A stretch of DNA of 64,000 nucleotides from an archaeon GW2011_AR15 (GCA_000830295.1 CP010425.1:672001-736000), one strand, 5' to 3'. Counted from the first letter of the stretch, positions 45,862 to 56,264 are shown. Notes: generated by a model from the sequence alone, not told the origin. Program-made: numbers and translations.

Positions 45862-46491
45862 TCACTTTTCCTTTTTCCAGAGAAAATAGCTGTAGATAAA
45901 AAGGAAAAGACTGATCCCGACAGCCCCTGCTATGATGGCCCAGAATATGATGCTGCTCAGGAACAGGCCGGCAAAAAGCAGCAGCCCTAAAACTTTGAAG
46001 AGCCAGCTCCCTGCCTCGTGGGTTTTTTTCCAGACCCTGTCGCTGCTCAGCGTCCACGGCGTCCTTATGCCTATAAACCAGTTCCTCTCTGCCTTCTCAA
46101 GCAAAATTCCCATAAAGAACATCAGCCCGCCGATTGCAGGCGACATGGCCCCGCCCATACTAAACCTCAGCCCGAGGTTCCATGCAATTGTAAGCCCGTA
46201 TATGTAAGCCATGAAGAGCATCATCACAACAATAAATCCGTCATAATACTCCCTGAACTTCTCTATGTTCTTTTTCAGCGGGTCAATTTTCGGGATCAAA
46301 ACAAACAATACCAGCATGGCTGTCAATACCAGGGGAAGCATGAAGACGCCCCAGAATTTCGGGATGTAGCCGTTAACATTTCCGCTGATATCCCAGTGGC
46401 TGGCCATTATCCCAGGCATCAGAGGATAAAAGTAAATGCCTGCAGCAAAACTAAGGATTAAAATAAGAAATGCTATCTGGAGCTTTTTCAT
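45862..46491 (-). CDS. SdpI/DUF1648 family membrane protein
   Basis: ASHW..G.VNG, RNWFIGIRTPWTLSS..VW.KTH. Confidence 0.9.
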   Translation of the reverse strand: MKKLQIAFLILILSFAAGIYFYPLMPGIMASHWDISGNVNGYIPKFWGVFMLPLVLTAMLVLFVLIPKIDPLKKNIEKFREYYDGFIVVMMLFMAYIYGLTIAWNLGLRFSMGGAMSPAIGGLMFFMGILLEKAERNWFIGIRTPWTLSSDRVWKKTHEAGSWLFKVLGLLLFAGLFLSSIIFWAIIAGAVGISLFLFIYSYFLWKKEK

Positions 46492-46594
46492 GAGTATAGT
46501 AAAGAGAGAGGATTAATAATTGTTTGTCTGCTGCAATCAGATTTAAATATAACTTCTCGTTGACAGGCAGGATAGAATCAAGAGGGGATACGGC

Positions 46595-47248
46595 ATAAAA
46601 ACATACATCGGACTCGGGATAGCTGCCCTTGCAGCAGGCATCATGTCAGCATGCAGCCAGGCGCCAGTAGACTGTGAGAAAGCGTATGATTTCAGGCACG
46701 CCCGGGAATATACAATAAGGGAGCAATTTCTTACACTTACGCCTACATATGACATAATGGATGAAAACGGATGCGACATAGGCACAATGAGCAGGAGATT
46801 TTTCAGCTTTCTCAGGGAGACAGACATAGAAGGCAATAATGTCAACCTTGGGAGAATAGAGACTGAGCTGCTAAGCTTTGGCTATGATATGAATGTGTAT
46901 GATTCGGACGGTAATATTATAAACACCGCGGACCATAAACTGATGGACTCCATGCTTAATTTCGGCGGATTCTATATAGAGATAAAAAATACAGAAGGGA
47001 AAATAGTCGGTACAATGAAACAGGATCCGTTCTCTCTCTTCACAGGCGGAGCATGGAAATATTTTGATATTAAAGACACTGAAGGCAACATCATTGCGGA
47101 GATAGAATATACTTCATTTATTCCTGATACATACAAAGTTACCAATAATTCAGACATTGATAACAGGACAATAGCAGGAATAGTAGGGCTTCTTGACCAG
47201 ATTGAAGATGAGATGAATGACAGCGATGACAGCAGTTCCGATGACTGA
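46595..47248 (+). CDS. LURP-one/scramblase (Tubby-like) lipoprotein, probable ATA start
   Basis: Repeated Y.I.D..G..IG strands; in-frame signal peptide upstream of the track ATG at 46643. Confidence 0.7.
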   Translation: MKTYIGLGIAALAAGIMSACSQAPVDCEKAYDFRHAREYTIREQFLTLTPTYDIMDENGCDIGTMSRRFFSFLRETDIEGNNVNLGRIETELLSFGYDMNVYDSDGNIINTADHKLMDSMLNFGGFYIEIKNTEGKIVGTMKQDPFSLFTGGAWKYFDIKDTEGNIIAEIEYTSFIPDTYKVTNNSDIDNRTIAGIVGLLDQIEDEMNDSDDSSSDD

Positions 47249-48409
47249 TTATTTCTTAAACTTCCTGTAATTCTCTTCCAGCGCTTTTATTCCGGGCAGC
47301 TCATGCCCTGCCAGCAGCTCAAGGGAAGCTCCGCCGCCTGTTGAGACATGCGTCATCCTTGATGTAAGGCCGAATTTCTCAATTGCCTCTCCAGAATCCC
47401 CGCCGCCGATTATTTTTACTATATTCAGCTTTGAAAGGTGCTTTGCAATCTCCATGGTTCCTGTCTCAAATTTTTCAAACTCAAACGCTCCCAAAGGCCC
47501 GGCCCAGACAACAGTCTTTGCCCTGTTCAGTATCTCCTTGTATTTTTTTATTGTCTCTGTCCCTACATCCATTATCATCCAGCCGGCTATCTTGTCATCA
47601 ACATAGGCAACCCTTGTCTTTGTGTTTGCCATAAATCTCTCTCCAAGGACAAAATCCTCGGGCAGCACTATCTTTTTTGAAAATCCTGAAAGCAGCTTCC
47701 TGGCAGCATTAAGGGAATCCTTATTGTACTTTGACAGGCCAATCTCATGCCCGCTTGCCTTGAGAAAAGTATTTGCCAGCACCCCTGAAACAATCAGTGT
47801 ATCAACTCTCTTGATCAGGTTTCCTATCACATTTATCTTGTCAGGCTTTGCTCCTCCTATTATGGCAACAAAAGGCCTTTTCGGGCTCTTCATGTCCTCG
47901 CCAAGGAACTCAACCTCTTTTTCCATAAGCAGGCCGGCACAGCTCGGGATGTGTTTAGGGATTCCTGAAACAGAGGCATGCTCCCTGTGAGCCACCCCAA
48001 AAGCGTCAAACACGAAAATATCTGCCAGCCCTGCCAGTTTTTTTGCAAAATCATAGTCATTCTCGGCTTCTCCCCTGCTGAACCTTAAATTCTCAAGCAT
48101 CACCACCTTATGGCTTTCATCAACTGCAAACTCCTCGCAGAATTCCACCTTTCTTCCCAGAAGCTGCTCAAGCCTCCTGCACACAGGCAGAAGGGAAAAT
48201 TCCGGCTCCTTCCTCCCTTTCGGCTGGCCGAAGTGTGAGCACACTATAACCTGCTTTGCCCCTTTCCTGAGGACATATTCAATTGTGGGGATAGTTTTCT
48301 TTATCCTTGAGTCATCTGTAATCCTGCCGCCGTGCATAGGTACATTAAAATCGACTCTGATGAGAACCTTTTTATTGGTAAAACTGAAGTCTTTCAGTCT
48401 GAAGAACAT
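47249..48409 (-). CDS. pgk: Phosphoglycerate kinase
   Basis: RVDFNVP, LENLRF, DAFGVAHR, GGGDS, STGGGASL. Confidence 0.97.
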   Translation of the reverse strand: MFFRLKDFSFTNKKVLIRVDFNVPMHGGRITDDSRIKKTIPTIEYVLRKGAKQVIVCSHFGQPKGRKEPEFSLLPVCRRLEQLLGRKVEFCEEFAVDESHKVVMLENLRFSRGEAENDYDFAKKLAGLADIFVFDAFGVAHREHASVSGIPKHIPSCAGLLMEKEVEFLGEDMKSPKRPFVAIIGGAKPDKINVIGNLIKRVDTLIVSGVLANTFLKASGHEIGLSKYNKDSLNAARKLLSGFSKKIVLPEDFVLGERFMANTKTRVAYVDDKIAGWMIMDVGTETIKKYKEILNRAKTVVWAGPLGAFEFEKFETGTMEIAKHLSKLNIVKIIGGGDSGEAIEKFGLTSRMTHVSTGGGASLELLAGHELPGIKALEENYRKFKK

Positions 48410-48488
48410 GTTTTATTAGGATAGTCACCAAAGTTTTTAAACTTTCCCATGAGGTGGCATCAAAAGCAATATAAGAGAAGAAATAAAT

Positions 48489-48800
48489 TCAGCCGAGAGC
48501 GGCTTCAATCTTTTCCTTAAGAGAGTCTTTTGGAAGGGCCCCTATGACTGTTCCGACAACCTCGCCGTCGCTGAACATTATCAGCGTAGGAATGCTCCTC
48601 ACACCGTATTTCTGGGCAGTTTCAGGATTGCTGTCAACATCAAGCTTCAGGAATTTGATTCCCTTCATCTCTTTTGAAAGCTCCTCGAACCTGGGCCCGA
48701 GAATCCTGCAGGGACCGCACCATGCAGCCCAGAAATCAACTATGGCTTTGCCTTTCATAACTTTCTCATCAAAATTGTCATCGGTTACCTCAACTGGCAT
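48489..48800 (-). CDS. trxA: Thioredoxin
   Basis: DFWAAWCGPC, SIPT. Confidence 0.96.
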   Translation of the reverse strand: MPVEVTDDNFDEKVMKGKAIVDFWAAWCGPCRILGPRFEELSKEMKGIKFLKLDVDSNPETAQKYGVRSIPTLIMFSDGEVVGTVIGALPKDSLKEKIEAALG

Positions 48801-48843
48801 TCAACATCACCTGCATTACTGGACCTAAAGGGAGTTTATAAAT

Positions 48844-49611
48844 TTATTTATACCCAACAACCATAATCTCTCTTCCGAAATACCTGTTGAAGAAAGAGCC
48901 AGCATCAGAATCCAGCCTCACCAGAAGATCATTCAATTTTTTGAAAGGGGTAGGTGAGATTAGATATTCCTTCTGCTTTTCCCTCGGTAGGAGTCTTATC
49001 CATGAGGTAAACGTGCCAGCGCCATAAGATTCTATCTTCCTGAAACCTAGCTGGCTCATTCTGCCTCTCATCTCCATTTGCGTGAAATCGTACTGTGGGC
49101 CATATTCCCAGCTGCCGTTAGCCTCAGAGATAGATTTCCATAGCGTGTGAAAGAGATTTAGCTTATTTGGTGTCATGACAATCATTCTCCCTCCTTTTTT
49201 CACAACCCGATACATTTCCTCAAACAGGGTTTGCCTCTCCGGGTCGAGATAGTGCTCATTAACTCCGTTTGCTACCAGAAGGTCTATTGATTCAGCCGGA
49301 ACAGGTATGCTGAAATAATCAGCAGATACAGAACCGGCCTCTGCATCGCCTCCAAATCTTTTTCTGGAATGGTTCAGCACATGATGGTCATAATCCAGAA
49401 GAATTAAGTTAAAACCAGAGAAATAACGTCTTGTCCTAAAACCTCCGGCTGAGCCAGCGTCCAGTACAACGGTTTCACCGCTTGGTTCAATATCTCCTGC
49501 AGCAGTATCCAATAAATGAGTTATGGTGTCAAAAGCCCCGGAAACAGGAAGACCATGGGCATCTTTCCTATGTATTTTACTGAATGTTTCGATTACATCG
49601 TATTTTGACAT
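48844..49611 (-). CDS. Class I SAM-dependent methyltransferase
   Basis: VLDAGSAGG, EMYRVVKKGG..MTPN. Confidence 0.85.
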   Translation of the reverse strand: MSKYDVIETFSKIHRKDAHGLPVSGAFDTITHLLDTAAGDIEPSGETVVLDAGSAGGFRTRRYFSGFNLILLDYDHHVLNHSRKRFGGDAEAGSVSADYFSIPVPAESIDLLVANGVNEHYLDPERQTLFEEMYRVVKKGGRMIVMTPNKLNLFHTLWKSISEANGSWEYGPQYDFTQMEMRGRMSQLGFRKIESYGAGTFTSWIRLLPREKQKEYLISPTPFKKLNDLLVRLDSDAGSFFNRYFGREIMVVGYK

Positions 49612-49703
49612 TGTATAGGGGAGCTAAATTTTATATTTAAAACTATAGCAATAAAAATGTATTTTCCGCAACAAATAAATACTTCTGCAGGAAAGTTATA
49701 ACC

Positions 49704-50225
49704 ATGGCTGAGCCCATATCCAACATCAGGGAATATATTATTGAAAAAAGAAAAGAGGGAATTCCGGATTCACAGATACTGTTCTCTCTTAGAAATTCAA
49801 GCTGGCCTGATGATATAATTGACACTGCATTCCAGGATGCTTCCAAGGTTGTTCAGGCAGTGCCTGAAGCCGAGCCTGCAAAAGAGGACTCTGCTGTAGA
49901 GCAGCAGGCTGAAAAAAAGCCAGAAGAAAAACCAAAAGAAGAGCCAAAGCAGGAAAAGAAAGAAAAAAAGCAATTTTCAATAATGGCACTCTTCGCATTC
50001 CTTACCTCACCCATACCATTTTTGGGGCTGGGCGTGGCAATGTCTGCCTTTGACGACATAAAGAAAAACAACAAAACAGGGGTTTTTTTAGCAGTGATTG
50101 CCCTGCTTATTAATCTAGGGATTATACTTTTCCTTATCTACATGTTCTACCAGATATTCACACTGCCGCCTGACAATTTAGCAGGGTTTGCGAAAGTAGT
50201 GAATGATATGTTCAATCTTGTATAG
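49704..50225 (+). CDS. Membrane protein with charged linker (DUF4190-like C-terminus)
   Basis: N-terminal small helical domain, E/K/P linker, two TM segments. Confidence 0.7.
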   Translation: MAEPISNIREYIIEKRKEGIPDSQILFSLRNSSWPDDIIDTAFQDASKVVQAVPEAEPAKEDSAVEQQAEKKPEEKPKEEPKQEKKEKKQFSIMALFAFLTSPIPFLGLGVAMSAFDDIKKNNKTGVFLAVIALLINLGIILFLIYMFYQIFTLPPDNLAGFAKVVNDMFNLV

Positions 50226-50248
50226 GAATAAGAAAGATAAAATAAAAA

Positions 50249-51178
50249 TTAAGCCTCAGCCCTGGCCTTTTCCATCTCTTTGTCAAGGAAGCTCAGGCTG
50301 TCTATAAGCTCCTTGTAGCTGTTTCTCACAGTGACTTCTGTCACGTCAGCAACCTTGGCTATCTCTGCCTGGGTCTTCTTCTCATTGTGTATTTTTGATG
50401 CAATGTAAAGAGCGCCTGCAGCGATTCCTTTCGGAGACCTTCCTGAAGTTATCTCTTCTTTTGTTGCTATCTGCACAATGTCAAGGGCCTTTGTCTGGGT
50501 TTTTGGCTCAAGTTTGAGCTCTGATGCAAACCTTGTAACATAGTTCATGGGGTCAATCGGAAGCGTCCTTATGTTAAGGTTCCTTGAGACATACTTGAAG
50601 TTCTTTGCAACCTTCTTCTTGTCTATCCCCGTAACTTCTGAAACTTCATTAAGCGTCCTTGGAATATCATACATCCTCAGCACAGCATAGACAACTCCGG
50701 CAACAACTGCCTCTGTTGAGTGGCCTCTTACAAGCCCCCTCTGCACTGCCTCTGTGTATATCCTTGAGATCTCCTCTTCAACATAACCGGGAAGGCCGAG
50801 TACAGAAACAATTCTTTTTATCTCTGACAGGGCAAGCCTCAGGTTTGATTCTATTGCAGTTGAGACCCTCCTCTGCCACAGCCTAAGCCTGTAGAACCTG
50901 TCTTTGTCTTTCTTTGAAAGCTTATAGAGGTCTGACTTAGTCCCTATTGTGGTTCCAAGCCCCCTGTCCTCCTGCGTGTATGTCAGGGGCGCTCCTGTCC
51001 TTCTCCTGCTCTGCCCGCCGTCTGAGTCGAATTCCCTCCACTCCTGGCCGAAATCAAATAGCTTGTCATCTAGCACAAGGCCGCATGACTTGCATGTTAC
51101 CTCCCCTTTTTCCTTGTTCCAGTTCAGCAGCTCAGCGCCGCATTCCGGGCATTTCTTGTAATGCATATCTTTAATCAT
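50249..51178 (-). CDS. tfb: Transcription initiation factor IIB
   Basis: CPECG..CKSCG zinc ribbon, EWREF..RTGAP, LVRG, PRTL, GRSP, VTEVTVRN. Confidence 0.97.
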   Translation of the reverse strand: MIKDMHYKKCPECGAELLNWNKEKGEVTCKSCGLVLDDKLFDFGQEWREFDSDGGQSRRRTGAPLTYTQEDRGLGTTIGTKSDLYKLSKKDKDRFYRLRLWQRRVSTAIESNLRLALSEIKRIVSVLGLPGYVEEEISRIYTEAVQRGLVRGHSTEAVVAGVVYAVLRMYDIPRTLNEVSEVTGIDKKKVAKNFKYVSRNLNIRTLPIDPMNYVTRFASELKLEPKTQTKALDIVQIATKEEITSGRSPKGIAAGALYIASKIHNEKKTQAEIAKVADVTEVTVRNSYKELIDSLSFLDKEMEKARAEA

Positions 51179-51420
51179 TTTTCTCCTCCACAGGTAGGTC
51201 TTTCTAGCTTTTGCCTACCACCCCTAATGAGAAAGACACTTCTGAATACTGTTTTAAAAAGGGTTAACCACACGTTGTATATAAAGGTTTCGGAATTTAT
51301 CCTCTGGCAACCAAATTCCGAGAGCTCTTGAAATTTGTGGCAAATTTCAAAAGGTTTCGGTGATTTATGAGGGAAAGCCTTTCAAAAATGTTTATAAAAC
51401 TTATTCTTTTTCTAGGGGTT

Positions 51421-52518
51421 ATGGCAATCACATCAAGGCAGAGGAGGGAGCTGCTCAAATTCATAAAAAAACTGGAGCCTATAAAGGGAAGGCACACTGA
51501 GCTTGTCTCAGTCTACATACCTGCAGGATATGATATGATTAAGATAATCCAGCAGCTTGCGCAGGAGCAGGGGACAGCATCCAACATAAAGGATTCTACA
51601 ACAAGGAAAAACGTGACTGATTCTCTTGAGAGGATGATACAGCATTTGCGGCTATTCAGGAAAACCCCTGAGCACGGCCTGGCTGTATTTTCAGGCAATG
51701 TTGCGGAAAAGGACGGGCAGCAGGATATAGAAGTGTTTTCTGTAGAGCCGCCTGAGCCCCTGAATTTCAGGCTTTACAGGTGTGACAAGAGCTTTGTGCT
51801 GGATGCCCTGAAAGAAATTGCGGAGAAGAAGGATATATATGGCCTTATTGTGATGGACAAGAGGGAAGGGGATATTGCACTGCTGAAGGGAAAATCAATT
51901 ATTCCGCTTACAAAATCAACCTCCTATGTCCCGGGCAAGACAAGGGCAGGTGGGCAGTCAGCAGCAAGGTTCGAGAGGCTGAGGGAAGGCGCAGCAAAGG
52001 AATTCTTCTCAAAGCTTGGGGAGTATGTTAAAGAGCAGTTCCTCTACAACAAGGACCTCAAGGGCATAATTGTCGGAGGGCCCGGCCTGACAAAAAATGA
52101 ATTTGTGGACGGGAATTACATCACAGACCAGGTGAAGAGGAAAATCATAGCCATAAAGGACCTGAGCTACACAGGTGATTTCGGCCTGCAGGAGCTCGTG
52201 GACAGGAGCCAGGATGTGCTTGCCAATGAAGAGATTGCCAAGGAGAAGGCATCCATGCAGAGGTTCTTTGAAATGCTCTCAAAAAAGCCGAAGCAGGTCG
52301 CATACGGCGAAGCGGATGTCAGGAAAAGGCTTGAGGAAGGCGCTGTTGATGTCGTGCTCCTGAGCGAGACTGTTCCGGATGAAAAAATCGACGAGTTTGA
52401 GCAGATAGCAGAGAGATACAGCAGCAGGGTTGAGGTAATCTCAGAGGAGACAAGGGAAGGCGTGCAGCTGAGGGATATGGGAAAGTTCGCAGCAGTGCTG
52501 AGATATGAGATGCACTGA
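51421..52518 (+). CDS. prf1: Peptide chain release factor aRF1
   Basis: GTASNIKD, YRCD, GGQS; ATG 51421 follows TTTATAAA. Confidence 0.96.
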   Translation: MAITSRQRRELLKFIKKLEPIKGRHTELVSVYIPAGYDMIKIIQQLAQEQGTASNIKDSTTRKNVTDSLERMIQHLRLFRKTPEHGLAVFSGNVAEKDGQQDIEVFSVEPPEPLNFRLYRCDKSFVLDALKEIAEKKDIYGLIVMDKREGDIALLKGKSIIPLTKSTSYVPGKTRAGGQSAARFERLREGAAKEFFSKLGEYVKEQFLYNKDLKGIIVGGPGLTKNEFVDGNYITDQVKRKIIAIKDLSYTGDFGLQELVDRSQDVLANEEIAKEKASMQRFFEMLSKKPKQVAYGEADVRKRLEEGAVDVVLLSETVPDEKIDEFEQIAERYSSRVEVISEETREGVQLRDMGKFAAVLRYEMH

Positions 52519-52564
52519 GTCATAGATGTAAAGCCTTAAATAATCTCTTTCTTTTTTTATCCCA

Positions 52565-53218
52565 ATGCATCATCTCATAAAGAAAGCATTCACAGAGCTG
52601 TACAGCAAAGAGCCTGATTTTGATGCAAGGCTGAAATATTCAAGGGCATTCAAGGGATACAATGCCAATGTTAAATACACAAAATTTTCCATGGAGTTCA
52701 GGCTCTCACACAGCTGGAAAGAGGTCAGCGATGAAATAAAAATCGGGCTGCTGCAGCACCTTCTCAATAAAGTCTATAAGACCGATATAGAAACAATAAA
52801 CACCGAGCTTTATGAAATATTTCTAAAAAAGATTCCCGGCCTGGCAAAAAAGACAAAGTCACACCCTCTCCTCGAGGATTCATTCAGCAGGATGAATGAT
52901 GAGTATTTTGACGGCATGATGTCTGCCCCAAATCTTGAGTTCGGCGACAAGGCATTCAGGACACTGGGCACATATGATTATACAACCGACACAATAAGGA
53001 TATCAACAGTGCTGAGGAAGAACATGACTCTTCTTGATTATGTGATGTATCATGAGATGCTCCACAAGAAATTCCAGTACAGGAAAACAGGAAAGCGGAC
53101 AATCCACCATTCAAGGGAATTCAGGCAATGGGAAAGCAGGTTCAGGGAGCCTGATGTCGAGAACAAGCTGAAGTGGTTTTTAAGGAAAGAAAAGCTGAAG
53201 AGCTTCTGGTTTACATAA
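52565..53218 (+). CDS. SprT/YgjP-like zinc metalloprotease-domain protein
   Basis: LG.Y....D.I.IS, YVMYHEMLH, HH..EF. Confidence 0.8.
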   Translation: MHHLIKKAFTELYSKEPDFDARLKYSRAFKGYNANVKYTKFSMEFRLSHSWKEVSDEIKIGLLQHLLNKVYKTDIETINTELYEIFLKKIPGLAKKTKSHPLLEDSFSRMNDEYFDGMMSAPNLEFGDKAFRTLGTYDYTTDTIRISTVLRKNMTLLDYVMYHEMLHKKFQYRKTGKRTIHHSREFRQWESRFREPDVENKLKWFLRKEKLKSFWFT

Positions 53219-53286
53219 CCAGCAAAAACTATAAAAGGAGGTAAATTTATAAATCACTATAAAATTCTGAAAAGGGTGATAGTTTA

Positions 53287-53685
53287 ATGGCAGGAACAAA
53301 ATTAAGCCACGTGGGCAGCATGAAAAAAGGCAACTATATTGTCCTTGAAGGTGTTGCATGCATTGTTTCAAATACACAGACATCAAGGCCGGGAAAACAC
53401 GGTCATGCAAAGGTAAGGCTGGAAGCAGTGGGAATTATAGACGGCAAGAAAAGGCAGGTTGTCATGCCAGGCCACGATAATGTCGAAGTCCCGGTCATAG
53501 ACAAGCTGAATGCCCAGGTGCTCTCAATATCAGGGGACATGGCCAATGTCATGGATATGGAATCATACGAGACATTCGACATGAAGGTGCCGGAAGAGCT
53601 CAAAGATAAATTAACAGCAGGGATGACTGTCCTTTACTGGGGTATACTGGGGGACAGGGTCATCAAGCAGATTAAGGCGGATTGA
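53287..53685 (+). CDS. eif5a: Translation factor aIF5A
   Basis: SRPGKHGHAK hypusine loop, VMDMESYETF. Confidence 0.96.
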   Translation: MAGTKLSHVGSMKKGNYIVLEGVACIVSNTQTSRPGKHGHAKVRLEAVGIIDGKKRQVVMPGHDNVEVPVIDKLNAQVLSISGDMANVMDMESYETFDMKVPEELKDKLTAGMTVLYWGILGDRVIKQIKAD

Positions 53686-53687
53686 AA

Positions 53688-53849
53688 ATGGTTAAATTTC
53701 CAGAAGCAGATGCAAGGATATTCAGGGGGGTTTTTGTCTGCCGAAAGTGCAAGACAAAGACAAGGACATCCAACCTGAAGGTGCTGGCAGGAAAGGTCAC
53801 CTGCAAGAAATGCGGCGGACATGCTTTCAGGCCATTAAGGAAGAAATAA
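53688..53849 (+). CDS. rpl40e: 50S ribosomal protein eL40
   Basis: Read manually: MVKFPEADARIFRGVFVCRKCK...CKKCG...RPLRKK. Confidence 0.9.
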   Translation: MVKFPEADARIFRGVFVCRKCKTKTRTSNLKVLAGKVTCKKCGGHAFRPLRKK

Positions 53850-53875
53850 GCTTCACTGACTCTGGTTTTTAGAAA

Positions 53876-55081
53876 ATGGTTTTTCAGCTTTTTGGAGAGT
53901 ATACAGGAGTAATTGTATTTTACGGCCTTGTATTTCTTTTAGTCTATCTGAACAGGCACAGATTCGAGAAGCACGGCTCGCTGATGTATCTCTACAAGAC
54001 ACAGTTCGGCATAAAGTTCATGAAGAAAGTCAGCCGGAAATTCAGGAAGCCCATAAAGATTCTTGGCTATACAGGCATAGTGGCTGCATATATAGGATTT
54101 TTTTTTGTCGTCTACATTCTTTTCCAGGCAGCATATGATATTATTGCTGATACTCCTGGAGCAGTCGGCGGAAGCCCTGTGATTCCGGGGCTGCCGATAG
54201 CAGGGCTTGGGATAAGGTTCCCTCTGATAATCGGCTGGATAAGCCTTTTCATAATAATGATAGTGCATGAGTTCGCGCACGGCATAATGGCGAAGGCGCA
54301 CAATATAAAGATAAAAAGCTCGGGGATTGCCTTTTTCGGCCCGATACTCGGGGCATTTGTAGAGCCTGATGAAGAGAGGCTGGAAAAGAAATCCCACAAG
54401 GTGCAGCATTCTATATTTGCAGCAGGCCCTGTCTCAAATGCAGTGCTGTGGATTGTCTGCATAATGCTTATGGTCCCTGTGGGAGCTGCAATAGTGAGCA
54501 TGACCACTCCTCAGGGTGTGACCGTTGGGATAATACAGAATGAGAGCCTGCCGGCATTCAGGTCAGGCCTTCCTGAAAACTCAGTTATAACAGGCATAAA
54601 CCAGTATGAAATAACAAACATAACCTCTCTCGAGAATGCACTGGCAGAAATGAAGCCAAGGCAAAAGATGACAGTCAGGACAAACGAGGGCAGCTACAAC
54701 CTCACTGCACTTTCGCACCCTGATAATTCCTCAAAGGCATACATAGGGATATGGATATACGGGGAAGACAGGATACTGAAGGATAATACAGTTTTCCATA
54801 ATGCCGGCTACAGCGCACTGCAATGGATACTTGAGCTGCTGGTATGGACAGCCTTCATAAGCATAAATATAGCCCTGATAAACCTTTTCCCTGTTTTCAT
54901 AACAGACGGGGCAAGGATGCTGAAACTGAATTTTGAGATGATATTCAGGGATAAAGAGAAAGCTGCACAATACTGGGTATTTGCAAATTCCCTTGGGCTG
55001 ACTGTAGTACTCATACTATTGTTTTTCCCGCTCATCCGCACAATGCTCAATCTTTTCATAGGGTTTATCATAAGCTTTTAA
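53876..55081 (+). CDS. Site-2 protease (M50) with PDZ domain
   Basis: HEFAH, GAFVEPD, AAGPVSN, NLFP...DG. Confidence 0.93.
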   Translation: MVFQLFGEYTGVIVFYGLVFLLVYLNRHRFEKHGSLMYLYKTQFGIKFMKKVSRKFRKPIKILGYTGIVAAYIGFFFVVYILFQAAYDIIADTPGAVGGSPVIPGLPIAGLGIRFPLIIGWISLFIIMIVHEFAHGIMAKAHNIKIKSSGIAFFGPILGAFVEPDEERLEKKSHKVQHSIFAAGPVSNAVLWIVCIMLMVPVGAAIVSMTTPQGVTVGIIQNESLPAFRSGLPENSVITGINQYEITNITSLENALAEMKPRQKMTVRTNEGSYNLTALSHPDNSSKAYIGIWIYGEDRILKDNTVFHNAGYSALQWILELLVWTAFISINIALINLFPVFITDGARMLKLNFEMIFRDKEKAAQYWVFANSLGLTVVLILLFFPLIRTMLNLFIGFIISF

Positions 55082-55105
55082 TTGCAGGACTTTTTCCTTC
55101 TCACC

Positions 55106-55828
55106 ATGATAACTGTTGTGCTTGTCAGGCCAGAGACACAGGAGAATATAGGATTCATAGCAAGGGCAATGAAGAATTTTGAGCTTGACAGGCTGCTGAT
55201 AATAAAGCCGGGATGCGATCCAAAAGGGGAAAGGGCAATGGTTGTAAGCAAGCATGCCCGTGAAATCCTTGAAAAAGCTGCTGTGAAAGACTATGCTTAT
55301 TTTTCAGAGCTGAAAAAAAATTTTGATATTGTTGTGGGGACAACGTCTGTGCTGGGCAGCGACTACAATATTCCCAGGACACCCCTGACGCCGGAAGAAT
55401 TTGTCTCAAAGATTGATGGCAGCCAGAACATTGCCCTTGTTTTCGGAAATGAAGGAGACGGGCTTTCGAACGATGAGATAAAAAGATGCAATTTTGTAAT
55501 TACAATCCCCTCCGCAAAAACATACAGTGCATTAAACATAAGCCATGCAGCATCAATAATATTTTACGAGCTGTACAAGAAATTCGGGCAGAACAAAGTC
55601 AACTCCCACATAGAGAGAATTTCCAAAAAACAGAAAGAAGTCATGATGCAGAAAATAGAAAGCATAATTTCAGGGCTTCAGTTCACGACAGAGCGGAAGA
55701 AAGAAACTCAGAAGATAACATGGGACAAGATACTGGACCAGGCTATGATGTCAAAAAGAGAGGCATTTGTGATAATGGGACTGTTCAGGAAAATAGACGA
55801 AAAAATTAACAAGTCTTCACGCCGCTGA
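55106..55828 (+). CDS. trmJ: TrmJ-family SPOUT tRNA methyltransferase
   Basis: NIGFIARAMKNF, LVFGNEGDGL, LNISHA; ATG 55106. Confidence 0.88.
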   Translation: MITVVLVRPETQENIGFIARAMKNFELDRLLIIKPGCDPKGERAMVVSKHAREILEKAAVKDYAYFSELKKNFDIVVGTTSVLGSDYNIPRTPLTPEEFVSKIDGSQNIALVFGNEGDGLSNDEIKRCNFVITIPSAKTYSALNISHAASIIFYELYKKFGQNKVNSHIERISKKQKEVMMQKIESIISGLQFTTERKKETQKITWDKILDQAMMSKREAFVIMGLFRKIDEKINKSSRR

Positions 55829-56264
55829 ATGACATCTTTCTGATGCTGCACATGAATTCCCCACTATCATGCTCAACCAGGGGGGTTATGGTGATTTTCT
55901 TTATATCCCCGTTTTCTTTTCCGTACTCAACAACGCTTGTTGCAACATCACCCGGGTTGAGGTTAAGATTTTCTATCCTTCTTACTGCCTTCCCTTTTTC
56001 CCCTGAAATCTCCAAAACTGCGCCCTCTATAACAGACCTCCCGTCATTCTTCAGTATCATCTGAAGCCTTGAATTGTCGGGAAAGACGCATAGCACCTGC
56101 TCATTGCTTATTTCGTGTATTGAAAGGGAGGATTCTTTGCATTCCTTAGGGGATGAAAGATAGACAAATGCCCTGTATCCAAAAAATAATACTGCAATAA
56201 GGATAACAGCATATACTACATATTTCAGAGAAAAATCGGCTTTTTCTGAGCTATGCTTTGGCAT
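55806..56264 (-). CDS. Hypothetical protein with N-terminal TM and Ig-like beta domain
   Basis: TM helix, L.N.G..I and L.PG motifs, Cys pairs. Confidence 0.7.
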   Translation of the reverse strand: MPKHSSEKADFSLKYVVYAVILIAVLFFGYRAFVYLSSPKECKESSLSIHEISNEQVLCVFPDNSRLQMILKNDGRSVIEGAVLEISGEKGKAVRRIENLNLNPGDVATSVVEYGKENGDIKKITITPLVEHDSGEFMCSIRKMSFSGVKTC

